From assembly GCF_032191835.1 (NCBI RefSeq), contig NC_083230.1, positions 72,354,001 to 72,418,000 of the forward strand: a DNA stretch of 64,000 nucleotides, in the 5' to 3' direction. The translations under genes and the position numbers were made by a program. Origin of the DNA: Heteronotia binoei (lineage: Eukaryota). Position 1 is the first letter of the stretch. Each line of letters opens with the position of its first letter. A model generated the notes under the pieces. The model was not told where the DNA came from, ran no database searches, and saw only the letters and a program-made list of their open reading frames with translations. Positions 48,665 through 61,142 of the stretch are shown here, piece after piece.

Positions 48665-50630
48665 GAATTTCTGGGACCAGATCAGATGTGACCTGGCTAC
48701 AGTGACCCATGTGATGGTCAATTCCAGGCTGGATTATTGTAACTCTCTTTACATGGGGCTGTCCTTGACTCTGACCAGAAACTTCAGCTGGTGCAGAACG
48801 TAGCTACGCAGATGTTGACTTTGCCGCCTATATGGGCATGGATCCATCCTGTGCTGCGCAAACTGCACTGGCTGCCCATTGAGTACTGGATCCAATTCAA
48901 GGTGCTGGTACTTACCTTCAAAGCCCTATATGGTCCTGCCCCCAAAGAGCACCAGAACACCACAACATGCTCAGTGTGATGATAGCATCTGAAAGTGACA
49001 TTATTGTGCTGAGCACATTGCAGGGGAAATGCTCTAGTATTTGGGGGGAAACTCTATGACAATCATAGAGTTTTTCCCAAATGCTACAGTGTCCCCTTGC
49101 AACATGCCTGGCACAATAACATCACTTCCAGGTGCTGTCATCATGCCACACACACCTTGTGCGTGCAAAGAAAATTCCCCTGTCAAGAGCCAGGTAAAAC
49201 CTGGCAACCCTAGGGCCAGCATACCTTTGGGACTGCCTCTCCCCATATGAGTCCTATAGGTCTTTAAGATCAGCAATTCAACATCTCCTGGTGCGATCTG
49301 GAACCAGAGACTGTTACAGGCAATGCTTTAAGTCTCTTAATTTTGATGGGGAAATTAGCTAAGAGTTTTGGTAGAGCAAATTTAGGAGCGAAGATCTTTT
49401 CTTTTAATAATACAGAGTTCGGGTTTTTAGCCAAGAACAGTCCAAGCAATTGTATTTTTATAGTGTTTTCTTGGGATATGTAGCAAAAGGATTTACACAC
49501 ACAGAGAGATCTTGTACAAGCAATCAAGAGACTAAGAAAATAGAGGTTATCGATAGAGGAATTCAAGGGTTGTTGAAGCAGGTAATATTCACCTGATCCA
49601 GAAGAGGAGACGTCCGTTCAGTGGGAAGTACACAGAATGCAAATGACCAGCGTAATGTGCCCTATAAACCTAATTGCAGGAGTAACGGGTGGTACAGACT
49701 GCAAATGGCACCCCACAGAATGCACTCTGAGGTGGGCGTTTGACCCACACTATATAGTTGTAAGTTACCAAGGGGCTTTGATGTTCCATTGATGGCTATC
49801 TTGAATCGCTATGTTGGGAAGCTTTGCAGATTTTGCTAGGATGACAAGCTCAGACCAATTGAATAATTTGTTACCGGTTTTTGGCTGACACTTGGAAAGG
49901 GATCAAAGACCTTTAAGGGTCAAATCAATCAAATTATGCATTTGATTGAAGTTAGCAATGTAGAGCTGATAGACTGGAGGAAGGGACAATTGGCAAGTAG
50001 CAGAAGATTAGCATGAGAGTTGTACTTAACCGCAGTTCTCGTGTTATTATGCATCCCGTTTGGGCAGAGGCATTGGAGGGGGGAATGGGTGAAACTATGC
50101 TGAGAGACAGAATTCAGGCGCCAACCAAAACAAGCTCTCTACTGGGTCCGCTCCACCTGTTTAGATGGAGTGTTTTCTTGGCCTGTCTTTGGTCAGACTC
50201 TATTTTGTTTAATAGAAGTAGGAGACCCTCCCTCTTTATTTGCACTAGGGTTCTCCATTTCTATCAGGCAGCGTCTCTCAGTAACAAGACATCCGACTTG
50301 CCTTGACTAGGGCCCTTGCCTGGTGGAATGAGCTTCCCTTGGAGATCAAAGCCCTGCACTTCTGCAAGGGCTGCAAAGCAGGGTTCTTCTACCAAACCTT
50401 CAGTTGAGGAGGTGGATGTTGCCCTTTATTAGGCCTCCCCACCCCCACCTGGCAATCTTGAGATTTGATGGCGCTCTGGACTGATTGGTCAGAACTGTTG
50501 AGGCAGATTTTTTTGTCTGTATTTTAGCTGTTTTATATTGTAATTTTACTCTTGTTTTTAAATTGTTTATCTTTCTGATTGAACTCGCCCTGAACTCACT
50601 TTGCAGGAGGGGCAGGATAAAATAAAGTAA
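48665..50630 (+). mobile_element. Old L2 3' fragment interrupted by a MITE (about 48960-49225) and a solo LTR
   Basis: VNSRLDYCNSLYMGL and LHWLPIEYWIQFKVLVLTFKAL; resumes after the LTR as ...GCCTGGTGGAATGAGCTTCC and ends GGGCAGGATAAAATAAA. Confidence 0.75.
49312..50286 (-). mobile_element. Solo LTR, about 975 bp
   Basis: TGTTAC...GTAACA 6-bp inverted termini; exact 4-bp TSD AGAC (49308-49311, 50287-50290). Orientation is tentative. Confidence 0.82.
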
Positions 50631-53109
50631 AATAACAAAATGTGTGTTAGGTGGAGGGGGGGTTGCAAGGTGGATGTGGAAGGATCTCCTCCCTTCTCAT
50701 AAGCATGCCTCTGTTTATGTTATCTTGGCAAGCACTGACTAGCATTTCCAAAAGGAATGTGTGGTCCTCACCAGCCAGTGAATACTGTATCATCCATTTT
50801 ATATGACTCTTAACTTTTTTTGCTTAAGTGTATGAAATATTCCAATTGCCTATATAAAAGCACCAGAGTCACTATTGAGTTTTATACACAAAAGCAAGAA
50901 TTAACCCCCCCTGCTGTGTTTAAAAAAATAAAGAGCAACTTCCTTAAAATGCTAGTACTTTGTGTATAATATTGTCTTAACATTTACAAATAAATATGAG
51001 TTTTCCATGCAGGAGTTAAAATTAATTATTAAATAGACTCTTTGAAAAATGTTATCAGCCTACCTTATGCCCTTTCTTTTTCAGATTATCTTAATAAGGA
51101 AATAATGATGCTGCCTTTTCAGACTTCCAGTTGTTTTTTCATTAAGTAAACTTTTTTTTCTTTAGAAAGGGATTGAAGAAATATACTGAATTTTGATGAT
51201 AATTGCAATTTCAATGCATTTTCCATGGCACCAAGGGTCACAAGATTGGTTTGGCTGAAAACAATATTTTTTCTTTGAGAAACACTGTTACACCAAGAAA
51301 AGAAAAGAACCTGTCCTCCTGCTTCCTCTTTAACTGGAAGCTCTGCATGATTATTTTTATTTATATCTACATCCCTGAGGTCTAGAGTTTTATGGGTCTT
51401 TGTGGTGGGGAGGAACTGGTGACACATCTTAACATTATGACAATAATCTACTTAATCCTTTCATGGATTGGTAACTGGTTTAAAAATGAAACAGCAGAGA
51501 CTTGGAATACAGGGACAGTTTTCACAGTGGAGAAAGCTGAGCACAGGGGTTTATATTTAATTTATTCATAAATGACTGTGGGTGAACAGTGAAGTAGCAA
51601 AGTTTGCAGATTACACCAAATCAAAAGAGCCTCACAGGCAAAATATACCACAGCACAGCATGCTGAATCAACAAGAACAAATCAAGTAAAATTGCTAGGG
51701 GTATACAATTGGATATTGCCAGTGTGATAAATTGCCCAGTATTTCCAGTATCAGATTGGATCAGCAATCTCTGATTTTGTGAAAGCCCCCCTCCAATGAT
51801 TCCTAATTCTGATATTTCTTCTCATGATAATATCAGAATAGGCCATTGTTTTGGGGAGGCAGCTGGAGGAAAGAGAGATACAAGGAGAAAAGACTCATCC
51901 TGGACTCCAGCTGGTCTGCAGCATACTGGCCCTTTAAACTAGTAGGGCTCATCCTATAATTATGCATTTGATTTTTTTCAGCCTAAATGCAGAACTTTAC
52001 ATTTGAATTGCACACACTAAAAACTGCCTCTTCCTCCCTGTGCGTACGGCTTGTATCAATTAAGCAGGAAAAAGGAGATTTCACCTGATGCCCCATTGTT
52101 GCTACAACCTTCTGTCCTGTGAGGGTCTCCTAATCTTCAAATGGATGTCTGGACAAACAGCGGGCAGCATTAGGAAAAGGAAGGTTAGGAAAAATCCACT
52201 CTTCCAAATAATTACATGAACTCTTCCAGTGGATCCAGCTCCATGTAATTATTGTCTTTTCACAATGGATGAAAAAAAAAAAATCACTGAATAAATTCAG
52301 AGTCTTTATGTGGAATACCATTGGCTCAGGTAGATAGTTGATACAATAACCAAGATTCTTGTAACACATTAGATGGACAAATTTATGGTGGCATAAGCTA
52401 CCATAAACCAGCGCCTACTTCATCAGTTACTGATTTTATATGATTCTGTAAATTGCTTAGTTGCCTAAATGCCTGTACAAATTTGCTAACATGTAAGCCA
52501 GTTTAGGTAAAAACAGAGGCATAAAAGATGTTTTCTTAATCACAAAACCTGAAAGAAGTCTGTTCTATCAACAAGATTGTACCAGCTGTTTTCTTATTTA
52601 TTGATCACCAAAAGGCTTTTGCCCATGCCATTCATTTCATTATAACTCACACACACCATCTGTCGCACTTTAATAGATATGGACTTTCTGCATCATCCCA
52701 TTGATTTTTGTGAATTAAATAAATCAGCAACAGTACGATGAAATGGTCATGAAAATGACCCATTTCCTTTTGGAAAGAACATTATAGCAGCTGAATTTTA
52801 TAACTTTATGCCTTTAACCTTTACAGTCAAATAGGTCATTTAATCTGCCTGACAAAAGGTGGTCAAATAAAACACATCAGTTCCATTTGTATTTTACCTT
52901 CAGGAAATGGCAAATATATTTTGGCCACATTGGGAAAACAGCATAGCAAAGTATACAGCAGATGAATGGTAGAGAGTAGAAGGGATTAGTGATCTGCTTT
53001 CTTCCCAATGCCAGTGTGTCATGAACATCACCACCTTCTTTTGGTGGTGGAAAGTGCCATCAAGTCACAGACTTTTGACAACCCCATAGGGTTTTCAAAG
53101 CAAGAGACA

Positions 53110-53240
53110 TTCAGAGGGGGTCTGCCTCTGTGCCACAACCCTGGTATTCCTTGGAGATCTCCCATCACAATACTAGCCAGGGTTGACCCTGCTTAGCTTT
53201 CAAGATCTGATGAGATTAGGCTAGCCTGAGTATCCAGGTC
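53110..53240 (-). mobile_element. 5S rRNA-derived SINE
   Basis: GGTTGACCCTGCTTAGCTTTCAAGATCTGATGAGA, same family as 42560-42770. Confidence 0.65.
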
Positions 53241-54251
53241 AGTACCTCATTTTGCTTTTGCGCAAATGTTCAGTGCTAGATCTCTAAAACAATTTCACAA
53301 GATATGTACATCATAATTTTTGGTGGATGGCAAACTTGCTTTCGAGTGGAAAACACAAAAATAAGTTGTAGTCCCTGCAATTGAGTTAATGTGAACTGGG
53401 TATGCAAGACCTGAAATACTTTTTAAAATTTTCACTGTATGAATAGACCATCTATAAGAATGGCAGTATTATTTTTACATATCAGTTTCATGATGGCAGT
53501 TTCAGTGCTGGATCTGAACATGCAACCCCCCCAATTAGTTCCTGTTTTTTCTTTGCAATGACAATTCTGTTTTGGAGGAGTTCTGTTATTGAATCAGCTG
53601 TTTACAAAAATATGCACTTACACCACCTTTGTAGGTTGCTTTTTTTTTTTGTTAAGTAGTATATTAGAGAAACGGGGACCCATGAGATTCATTGAGAGGG
53701 ATCCTATTCTTTTTGTTTATCCTCCCTGCTGTGCCAGCCTCTTGTCTCCCCTACAGAGCTGCTTCCTGCCTTTCAAATGTAGCTATTATGGCAACTCCAG
53801 CTCTTTCCTTCATTTCCCCACCTGCCAAAATCCCATCCTCACTCCCCCCCCCCCCCAAGCAGGCTGCCAGTTGCCAGCCAGACTCCTCAACTGCACTGCC
53901 ACTCCCATGACCTGGCTGAGGCAGAGGGAGAGGGCTGTGGCAGATCCACCTCCCCATCTGCCTAGTTCAAGAAGCAGGGGGCAGTAGCTGCTGATCCTCT
54001 TCCACTGCCTGTCTTCAGTGTCAATGCCTCAGCAGCAGAGAGGGGTGGCAGCAACTTCCTCTCCCTTTTCCTTGCCTGACCCCCTAAGAAGGTATTAATT
54101 TCTCAGCCAATGAGAGGGTATTCGTTTGTTAAGGTACATATGCTGGTTCTTTTGTTTTGGTATTTTTAACTCCCCAATGTAGGATGATGCTTATGATGTT
54201 GATGATGATGATAATGAAGAAGAAGAAGTGTCACAGACAGATATTAGACTA

Positions 54252-54650
54252 GTAAAGGGGTCCCCAACCACTGGGCTGTGAACCAGTACCGGTCTGTGAC
54301 CTGCTAGCAACTGGGCCGCAAAGTAAGGCAAAGGTGTCGCACCGCCCCTGCCCGCTTGGGACCCGGGTGGACGAAAGAGGCAGTGTGGCCTTGCTTCGAG
54401 GCAGAGAGGTCTTTAAATGGGAGGGAGAGGCAAATTGGCTTTCTGCCACCTAGCCACTTAGTGGGGAGGTGGCAGAAACAGCTCCAGTCTCCTCCCCATT
54501 TAAAGATCCCCATGGGGGGCAGGGACAAAGCATGGGTGGGGTGGCAAAAACCTCAGCACCCTCCCCCACACCAGTCCATGGAAAAATTGTTTTCCACAAA
54601 ACCAGTCCCTGGTGCCAAAAAGGCTGGGAGCCACTGGAATAGTAGATGGT
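54252..54650. mobile_element. hAT (Charlie-like) MITE
   Basis: AGGGGTCCCCAACC...GAACCAGTACCGG at the left end; CCTGGTGCCAAAAAGGCTGGGAGCCACTG at the right end. Confidence 0.65.
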
Positions 54651-54725
54651 ATTCTGCAATTTGAGATCTAGCCAAGTTCTTGGGAATTACAATTGTAGAA
54701 TTCTTGCTGTTCTGAGCAGCACTGT

Positions 54726-57520
54726 CATAAGAACATAAGAGAAGCCATGTTGGATCAGGCAAATGGCCCATCCAGTCCAACACTCTGTGTTGCACAGTGG
54801 CCAAAAAAATTATACACACACACATACATATATATATATATACACATATATATATATATACACACTGTGGCTAATAGCCACTGATGGACCTCTGCTCCAT
54901 ATTTTTATCTAACCCCCTCTTGAAGCTGGCTATGTGGAAGCAAAAAATGTATTCAGCTTCTCAGCCATTTCCCTATCCTCCTTCAGTAATCCTTTTACCC
55001 CTTGGTCATCCAAGGGCCCCACTGCCTCCCTGGCTGGTTTCCTGCTTCTAATATATTTGAATTTTATTGTTGGTCTTTATGTGTTTTGCAATATGCTCCT
55101 CATAGTCCCTTTTTGCTTGCCTGATCACAGTCTTGCATTTGATTTGCCACTGCCTGTGTTCCCTTTTATTAATCTCACTTGGACTAGATTTCCACCGCTT
55201 AAAGGAGTCCTTCTTACCTTTTACAGCTTCCATTACTTTGTTTGTTAACCATGCAGGCCTTTTCTTATACCTGTTTGTGCCTTTCCTAACTTGTGGTATA
55301 TATTTTATCTGAGCTTCTAGGATTGTAGTTTTAAATAGCCTCCTAGCTTCCCCAAGGGTTTGGACTGTATTTACCTTTCCTTTCAGTTTCCTCTTCACAT
55401 GCCTCCTCATCTCAGAGAATTTACCCCTTTTAAAGTTAAACATGATTGTGCTTGTCTTTTGGGGTAACTCTATTTATACAAATGGTGAAATCAATAACAT
55501 TATGGTCACTGCTCCCAAGCGGTGCGATCACTTTTACATCTTGGGCATTACTTAGGACCAAATCCAGGATCGCCCCACCCCTTGTAGGTTCTGTGACCAT
55601 CTGCTCCATAGCACAGTCATTGAGAGCGTCTAGAAATGCAATCTCTTTCTCTTGACCTGAACACATATTCACCCAATCAATCTGCGGGTAGTTAAAATCA
55701 CCTATTACGACACAGTTTTTACATTTAGCTGCTATCTTTAATCCTTCCATCATATTATAATCGTCCTCTATCTTTTGATTTGGTGGGCGATAACAAACTC
55801 CCATAGTTAAATTTTCTTTTGGGCCCACTATTTCGACACAAAGCATTTCTAGAAGGGAATCTAATTCTCTGACCTCAGTCTTACTAGACTGTATACCCTC
55901 TCTGACATACAGAGCCATCCCACCTCCAACCCTTCCCTCCCTATCCTTCCGATATAACGTATATCCAGGAACCACCGTGTCCTACTGATTCTCCTCATTC
56001 CACCAAGTTTCTGAAATTCTCACAATGTCTATGTTTTCTCCCAACACTAAACATTCCAACTCACCAATTTTACCTCGAACACTTTTAGTGTTTGTATACA
56101 AACATCTATAATTTCCCATGCAAGCTAGGCCCACATCCTTCCTCCTGCCGCCTCGAGGCTTTGGCAGATAGTCCATACTGTTTGTCACCATCTCAGTGGA
56201 CAACTCTGATCCCTTACCAGGTAGAAAAGTAACAGCTAACCCTTCATCTCTTTGAGATGAATCCTCCCGAACCAGTGATGTTTCATCTCCTGTCAGCTTT
56301 CCCCCAAGATTTAGTTTAAAAACTGCTCTGCCACCTTTTTGATTTTAAGTGCCAGCAGCCTAGTTCCATCTGGGGAGACCATCTTTTTTGTACAGCTCCT
56401 GCTTGTTCCAGAAAACATCCCAGTGCCTAACAAACTTAAACCCTTCCTCCTTACACCATCGTCTCATCCACACATTGAGACTTCTAATTTGAGCCTGTCT
56501 CTCCAGCCCTGCACGTGGAACAGGTAGCACTTCTGAGAAGGCTGCCTTGGAGGTCCTGGCCTTAAGTCTCCCGCCTAGCAGCCTAAGTTTTTCCTCCAGG
56601 ACCTCATGACTGCATTTCCCCACATCGTTGGTGCCAACATGCACCACGACCACAGGCTCCTCCCCAGCACTGTCTATCAACGTATCTACAACATGCATAA
56701 TGTCCGCTACCTTCGCACTAGGCAGGCAAGTCACCATACGGTCAGTACGTGGTTTTGCCACCCAGCTGTCTACTTGCCTAAGGATCGAATCACCAACTAC
56801 CAAGACCCCCCCTCTCTCCCTGCCCAATACCTGCTCACCAACTGATGAAGAGGTCCCTTCTGAGGGCGCATTCCCCTTATCCTCAGCATGGTGCCCTGTT
56901 CCCTCTCAACCCTCATGCTCCCTGGCAGCAACGGGGCTGCCACGTTCAGAGCGGGGCTCATCTAATACGTCCCCAAGAGCCTTCTCTGAGTGCCTAACTG
57001 ACTGTCTCTGCTTCTCCAGGTCAGTCACCTTGGCCTCAAGGGTACAAACTCGTTCCCGGAGGACCAGGAGCTCCTTGCATCGAGCACACACAAGACTTCT
57101 GTCCTGTGGGCAGATAGTCATACATGTGACACTCAGTGCAAAACACTGGAAAGTCCCCACCCCCCTGCTGGCATTCTACCTTCATGATAGCTTTTTCAAA
57201 AATATACAGTCCCCTTTCAAATCCTGTTTGTTTATGTGGCTCCCCTTCTGGAGGGTCAACTTACCTTATTGGGAGCACAAGGAAAATAGGGATCTGGTTT
57301 CCTGGTCCTTACAGAGCCCCAGGCTAAGAGCCACAGGTCAAGAGACCTTTAGCTCTTGCCCTTCGGCTCGTGCCAAAAGCAGACCCTCAAACCAAATCCT
57401 CAGCAACCACAAACTCAGAATCTTCAGCAATCACACAGTCACACAAACTCAGAAATTCTCAGCAACTTCCCCAGCTGTTTAGAAAGCCAAACCTCACCCT
57501 TATAGCACTTCTTCTCTGCT
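54726..57520 (-). mobile_element. Internally deleted CR1: 5' UTR, ORF1 (zinc finger/leucine zipper + esterase), endonuclease and linker joined directly to the 3' end; RT absent
   Basis: ORF1 CxxC..CARCKELLVLRERV..LE (56906-57160); GDSILR/HVGTND esterase (56360-56827); endonuclease GVCYRPP and GDFNYPQIDW (55436-56203). The linker ...AEKLNTFFAS abuts the CR1 3' end near 54934, with a TTCTTATGTTCTTATG tail. Confidence 0.85.
56330..57160 (-). pseudogene. CR1 ORF1 with SGNH esterase domain
   Basis: VLVVGDSILR, VVVHVGTNDV and SEVLPVPR; the DGLH motif is broken by a small deletion (reads DGLPRWN*). Confidence 0.85.
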
Positions 57521-57549
57521 TTGTCTCAGAGCTCTCCGAAATGTGCTCA

Positions 57550-58010
57550 GCCTCCGGCAAGGTGCAGCTTAATAATGCCAATGTCTTCTGGAGCTGGGCT
57601 GGTTTATTTTCTTAATGCCCAGAATGTCCAGCTGTTTCTTGAGACTTCTAGGCATTGCTCCAAGGGCTCCAATGACAACTGGTATGATGGTCTCCTTCTT
57701 CTCCCAGAGGCACTCTTGGTATTTCGTGATTGTCTCCTGTTATTTCTTTTCTATTCTGTTGTCTCCTGGGATTGCAGTGTCAATTATCCAAACCCTATTC
57801 CTCATTTTTTTCCTATAAGTGTGACGGATTTTATGCTCCAGTTTTTATCTGTCATCTTTGTTTCATCATTCTCCATGATCTTGTCTAGTTTGTGCTTCCA
57901 TGAATTTCTGGCTGATGGTAAGTCATACATCCTACAGAGATTCCTGCAACATAGCTACAACTTTATTTTGACGTTCTTTATAGTCACTTTGACAATGTGG
58001 TTGACTGTTT
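57550..58010 (-). mobile_element. R4/Dong-clade LINE 3' fragment (restriction-like endonuclease)
   Basis: The minus strand gives WIIDTAIPGDNRIEKK..KYQ and IIPVVIGALGAMPRSLKKQLDILG. Confidence 0.7.
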
Positions 58011-58084
58011 CTTCTTCTTCTTCATCATCATTATCATCTTGACTGATTTTTCTGCATATCAGGGCTTTTCTCTGGTTTGTAGAA

Positions 58085-58236
58085 AGATCTTCCTTGGAGG
58101 TTTTTAAACAGAGGCTAGATGTCCATCTGACAGCAATGCTGATCCTGTGAATTTAGAGGGAGGTGTTGTAAATTTCCTTCATTGTGCAGGGATTGGACTA
58201 GATGACCCTGGGGTCCCTTCCAACTCTATGATTCCA
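58085..58236 (+). mobile_element. CR1 3' end
   Basis: TCCTTGGAGGTTTTTAAACAGAGGCTAGATG...GGACTAGATGACC...CCCTTCCAACTCTATGATTC; same subfamily as 20000-20163. Confidence 0.85.
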
Positions 58237-58362
58237 TGTTTGTGGCCCCAGTCTCCAGATTTAAGTATCCACAGATTGGGCTATGTTGAGAATTAGATAT
58301 ATTGATAAACACTCTCTTTGTGAAAGGGGGTATTAAACTATTGTGCTGACCTTCCTGAGACT

Positions 58363-58536
58363 CAGGGCTTTTTCTGTAGCAAGAATTCTTTTGCATAATA
58401 GGCCACACTGTCTGATGTAGCCAATCCTCCTGGAGATTACAGCAGGCCCTGTAAGTTCTTGGAGGACTGGCTACATCAGTGTGTGTGTATGGCCTAGTGT
58501 GGGAAGGAGTTCCTGCTACAAAAAAACCCCAAACTG
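58363..58536. mobile_element. hAT MITE
   Basis: CAGGGCTTTTT terminus; perfect 8-bp TSD CTGAGACT (58355-58362, 58537-58544). Confidence 0.8.
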
Positions 58537-59495
58537 CTGAGACTCATAATAAATGTGACCCAGGAGATCTGTGTGCCTCTCCAGGCCATCACACTGGACA
58601 TATGAAATGCAGCTACTTTTAACTTGCCTCTTAGAAGATCTAAATCTTTTGGAGATGAATGACAGTTTTCTGAAACCAGACTCAAGCCAAGTTACAATGA
58701 TAATAAAAACAATATACAATTAAAAATGGATAAAAACTAAAAAATCATCAAAAATAAGTAGGTAGAAGAGTATCAAAGGGTTTCCTCAATAACTATAGCT
58801 TATAGAATTTTTGCAATATTTGTTAACAGTTTTAGGAAGGAATGGCCAACCTAACAACCCTACAGGATGGAAAAGAAGAGTAGAGTTGCTGGTAATGGGA
58901 CCTGCATATTTGTGGGTTCTAGGCCATAAAGTGCTTCAAAGGTTCCATCCAGCACCTTGAATTACCTTGAACAAAAATACAGTAATCACTGCAGAGTTCT
59001 CAGAACACTCATAATGAGTGCCAAATAGCCAGCTGCAGCTAGAAACCAAGCTGTACTGCTGTATTTTGCGCCAGCTGAAGTTTCTAAATTGCCTTTAGGG
59101 CAGTCCCAAGAGAAGGTCTCATATATAGCCAGACTTTTCCTTATTACTAAATGGTCAGGTTGTTCCTAAAGATGGGGATTAGGAAGCCAAGTCAGAGGAT
59201 AATAGCTCCCAGGTTGGCATGAGCCCAGAACTCCGCTCTTTAGAAATTAAACAGTGAGCAATGGTAGGCATTTCAGCTGAAGATCCTTCATTTTATGCTA
59301 GTTCTAGAATGTATTCTTTTCTCCACTTGCTAAACCAGAGTATCCATTTGAACAAGAAGCTTGTGATTGATTTGTTGTTGCTGACACAATGAATAAATTT
59401 GAAGTAGGATGAAAATTGCCTGGTAAGAATGATTCAAATATCACCTGTCTTCCTGGGTGAACGAGCATTTATTTACTTCTTTCTTTTTTTCACAG

Positions 59496-59581
59496 CGTAT
59501 TCAGTGACCTTTAAGGGAATGGTGGGGACTGCACACATGCCAACATTTAAGAAATTATGTTCTGGCTATCTGGAAGCAAAG
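59496..59581 (+). CDS. Candidate 86-bp exon of an unidentified host gene
   Basis: Acceptor TTCTTTCTTTTTTTCACAG and donor AAG|GTAAGA; only one open frame (YSVTFKGMVGTAHMPTFKKLCSGYLEAK); not repeat-like. Confidence 0.5.
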
Positions 59582-60384
59582 GTAAGAGATAAACAAGTTC
59601 TGTGGAGAGAAAATGACTGGTTATCCATTTTGTTGGTTATACATGCATAGACGAATGCAAATATATTAGAAGCCTGAGGTTCTTTTCCTTTATTGAAGTG
59701 TATCCACCATATAGTCAAACTGAAACTTCTTTTACATTTTCTAAGGTAAATTGGCTTATTGTTTTACTCTTCACATTAAAATTGTGTTAGGTTTTTTCCA
59801 GAAGGGAAATGCATTTGGATGCTGAAAACAGACATCTTGTGGGCAGTAATTCACATCATATCTAATTGAACACAGTGTATAGCAATGCTTTTCCCACCTG
59901 TGTGCATGCCCTCTGGGCTTTGCATGTAAACAGTAAACAAGGTACATTACACTGTGGTGATTACCTCATTCCAACAGGGTACACAAACCAAACCAACCTC
60001 TCAGTAATAAAACAAACCATGGTCTCTAGAGTTCTTAATTTGCTGTTTCACTGAATGCTAGGAGTTTCTTAATACATAGCAATATATTCTCACATGGAAT
60101 ATGATATATTCAGTAATATTGTTTTTTTTAAAAAAAAAATACTTTAGTCTAAGATCTATGTATGGTTCTGCAGTTCAATAATTTGAATATTGCAAAAGCT
60201 AAGAGCTTCAATGCCAGATGTTGGAAATGCAAAAGTACAGATTCAACATTCTATCATATATGGTGGTCTTGTGATAAAGCAAAAAAAAAAAAAAAATTGG
60301 GCAAAGATCCATGAAGAAATACAAAAGATATTAAAGTTAATTTTCCAATGGATCAAAAAAAAATGCCATTAAATATATTTTAAA

Positions 60385-60532
60385 AAGGTAAAGGTAGTCC
60401 CCTGTGCAAGCATCAGTTGTTTCCGACTCTGGGGTGACGTTGCTTTCACGTTTTCACGGCAGACCTTTTACGGGGTGGTTTGGCATTGCCTTCCCCAGTC
60501 TTCACCACTTTCCCCCCAGCAAGCTGGGTACT
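60385..60532 (-). mobile_element. Truncated Sauria SINE
   Basis: AAAGGTAAAGGTAGTCCCCTGTGCAAGC...GCAAGCTGGGTAC. Confidence 0.8.
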
Positions 60533-61142
60533 TAAATATATTACCATTAAATATATAAAAAACTCACAGTGAACTATTTAAATATATGTTAACAGCAGCA
60601 AGAGTGGCATTTGCATCCATATCGAAAACTGAAATATGCCCAGAATTGACTGCCTGGAAAAATAAACTGAGTATGCAACAATGGCAAAGCTAACATTTTA
60701 CTTCTATAACAGACCAGATTCAGAATTCCAAGAACAATTGAATGCCTTTTTGAATATATAGCTCAAAATCAGGGTGGAAAGCTTTAAAGATTAAAATACT
60801 AATTAAATGATAAAGTCCAGAATTATTAAGCAATATATGTTTATAAAGACCAAATGTTAGAAATGTTTGGAATGAAAAAAAATACATACCAAAACAAAAG
60901 TATATGTAATCTCTATGTAAGATCTGATCAACAATTTACTAGATTAAAAATGTGGTTAGTTACAATTTAATAGACAATATTAATGATTTAAGTGATGGTC
61001 TTTCTCTTTTATTAATATTTATGCTTTCATCTACCAAATATGATTGTCTATATATAATTGTAGTAATATAGCATTTCTATTCCATTTTTCTTCTCTGTGT
61101 ATTGTTTTTATGTTTGTTAATATAAAAATTAAAAATATTAAA

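Noticed and set aside
51085-52965. Candidate plus-strand exons at 51085-51145 and about 52901-52965 (MANIFWPHWENSIAKYTADEW, faintly tektin-like)
   Set aside because: Weak donor sites, incompatible phases with each other and with the 59496 exon, and no convincing homology.
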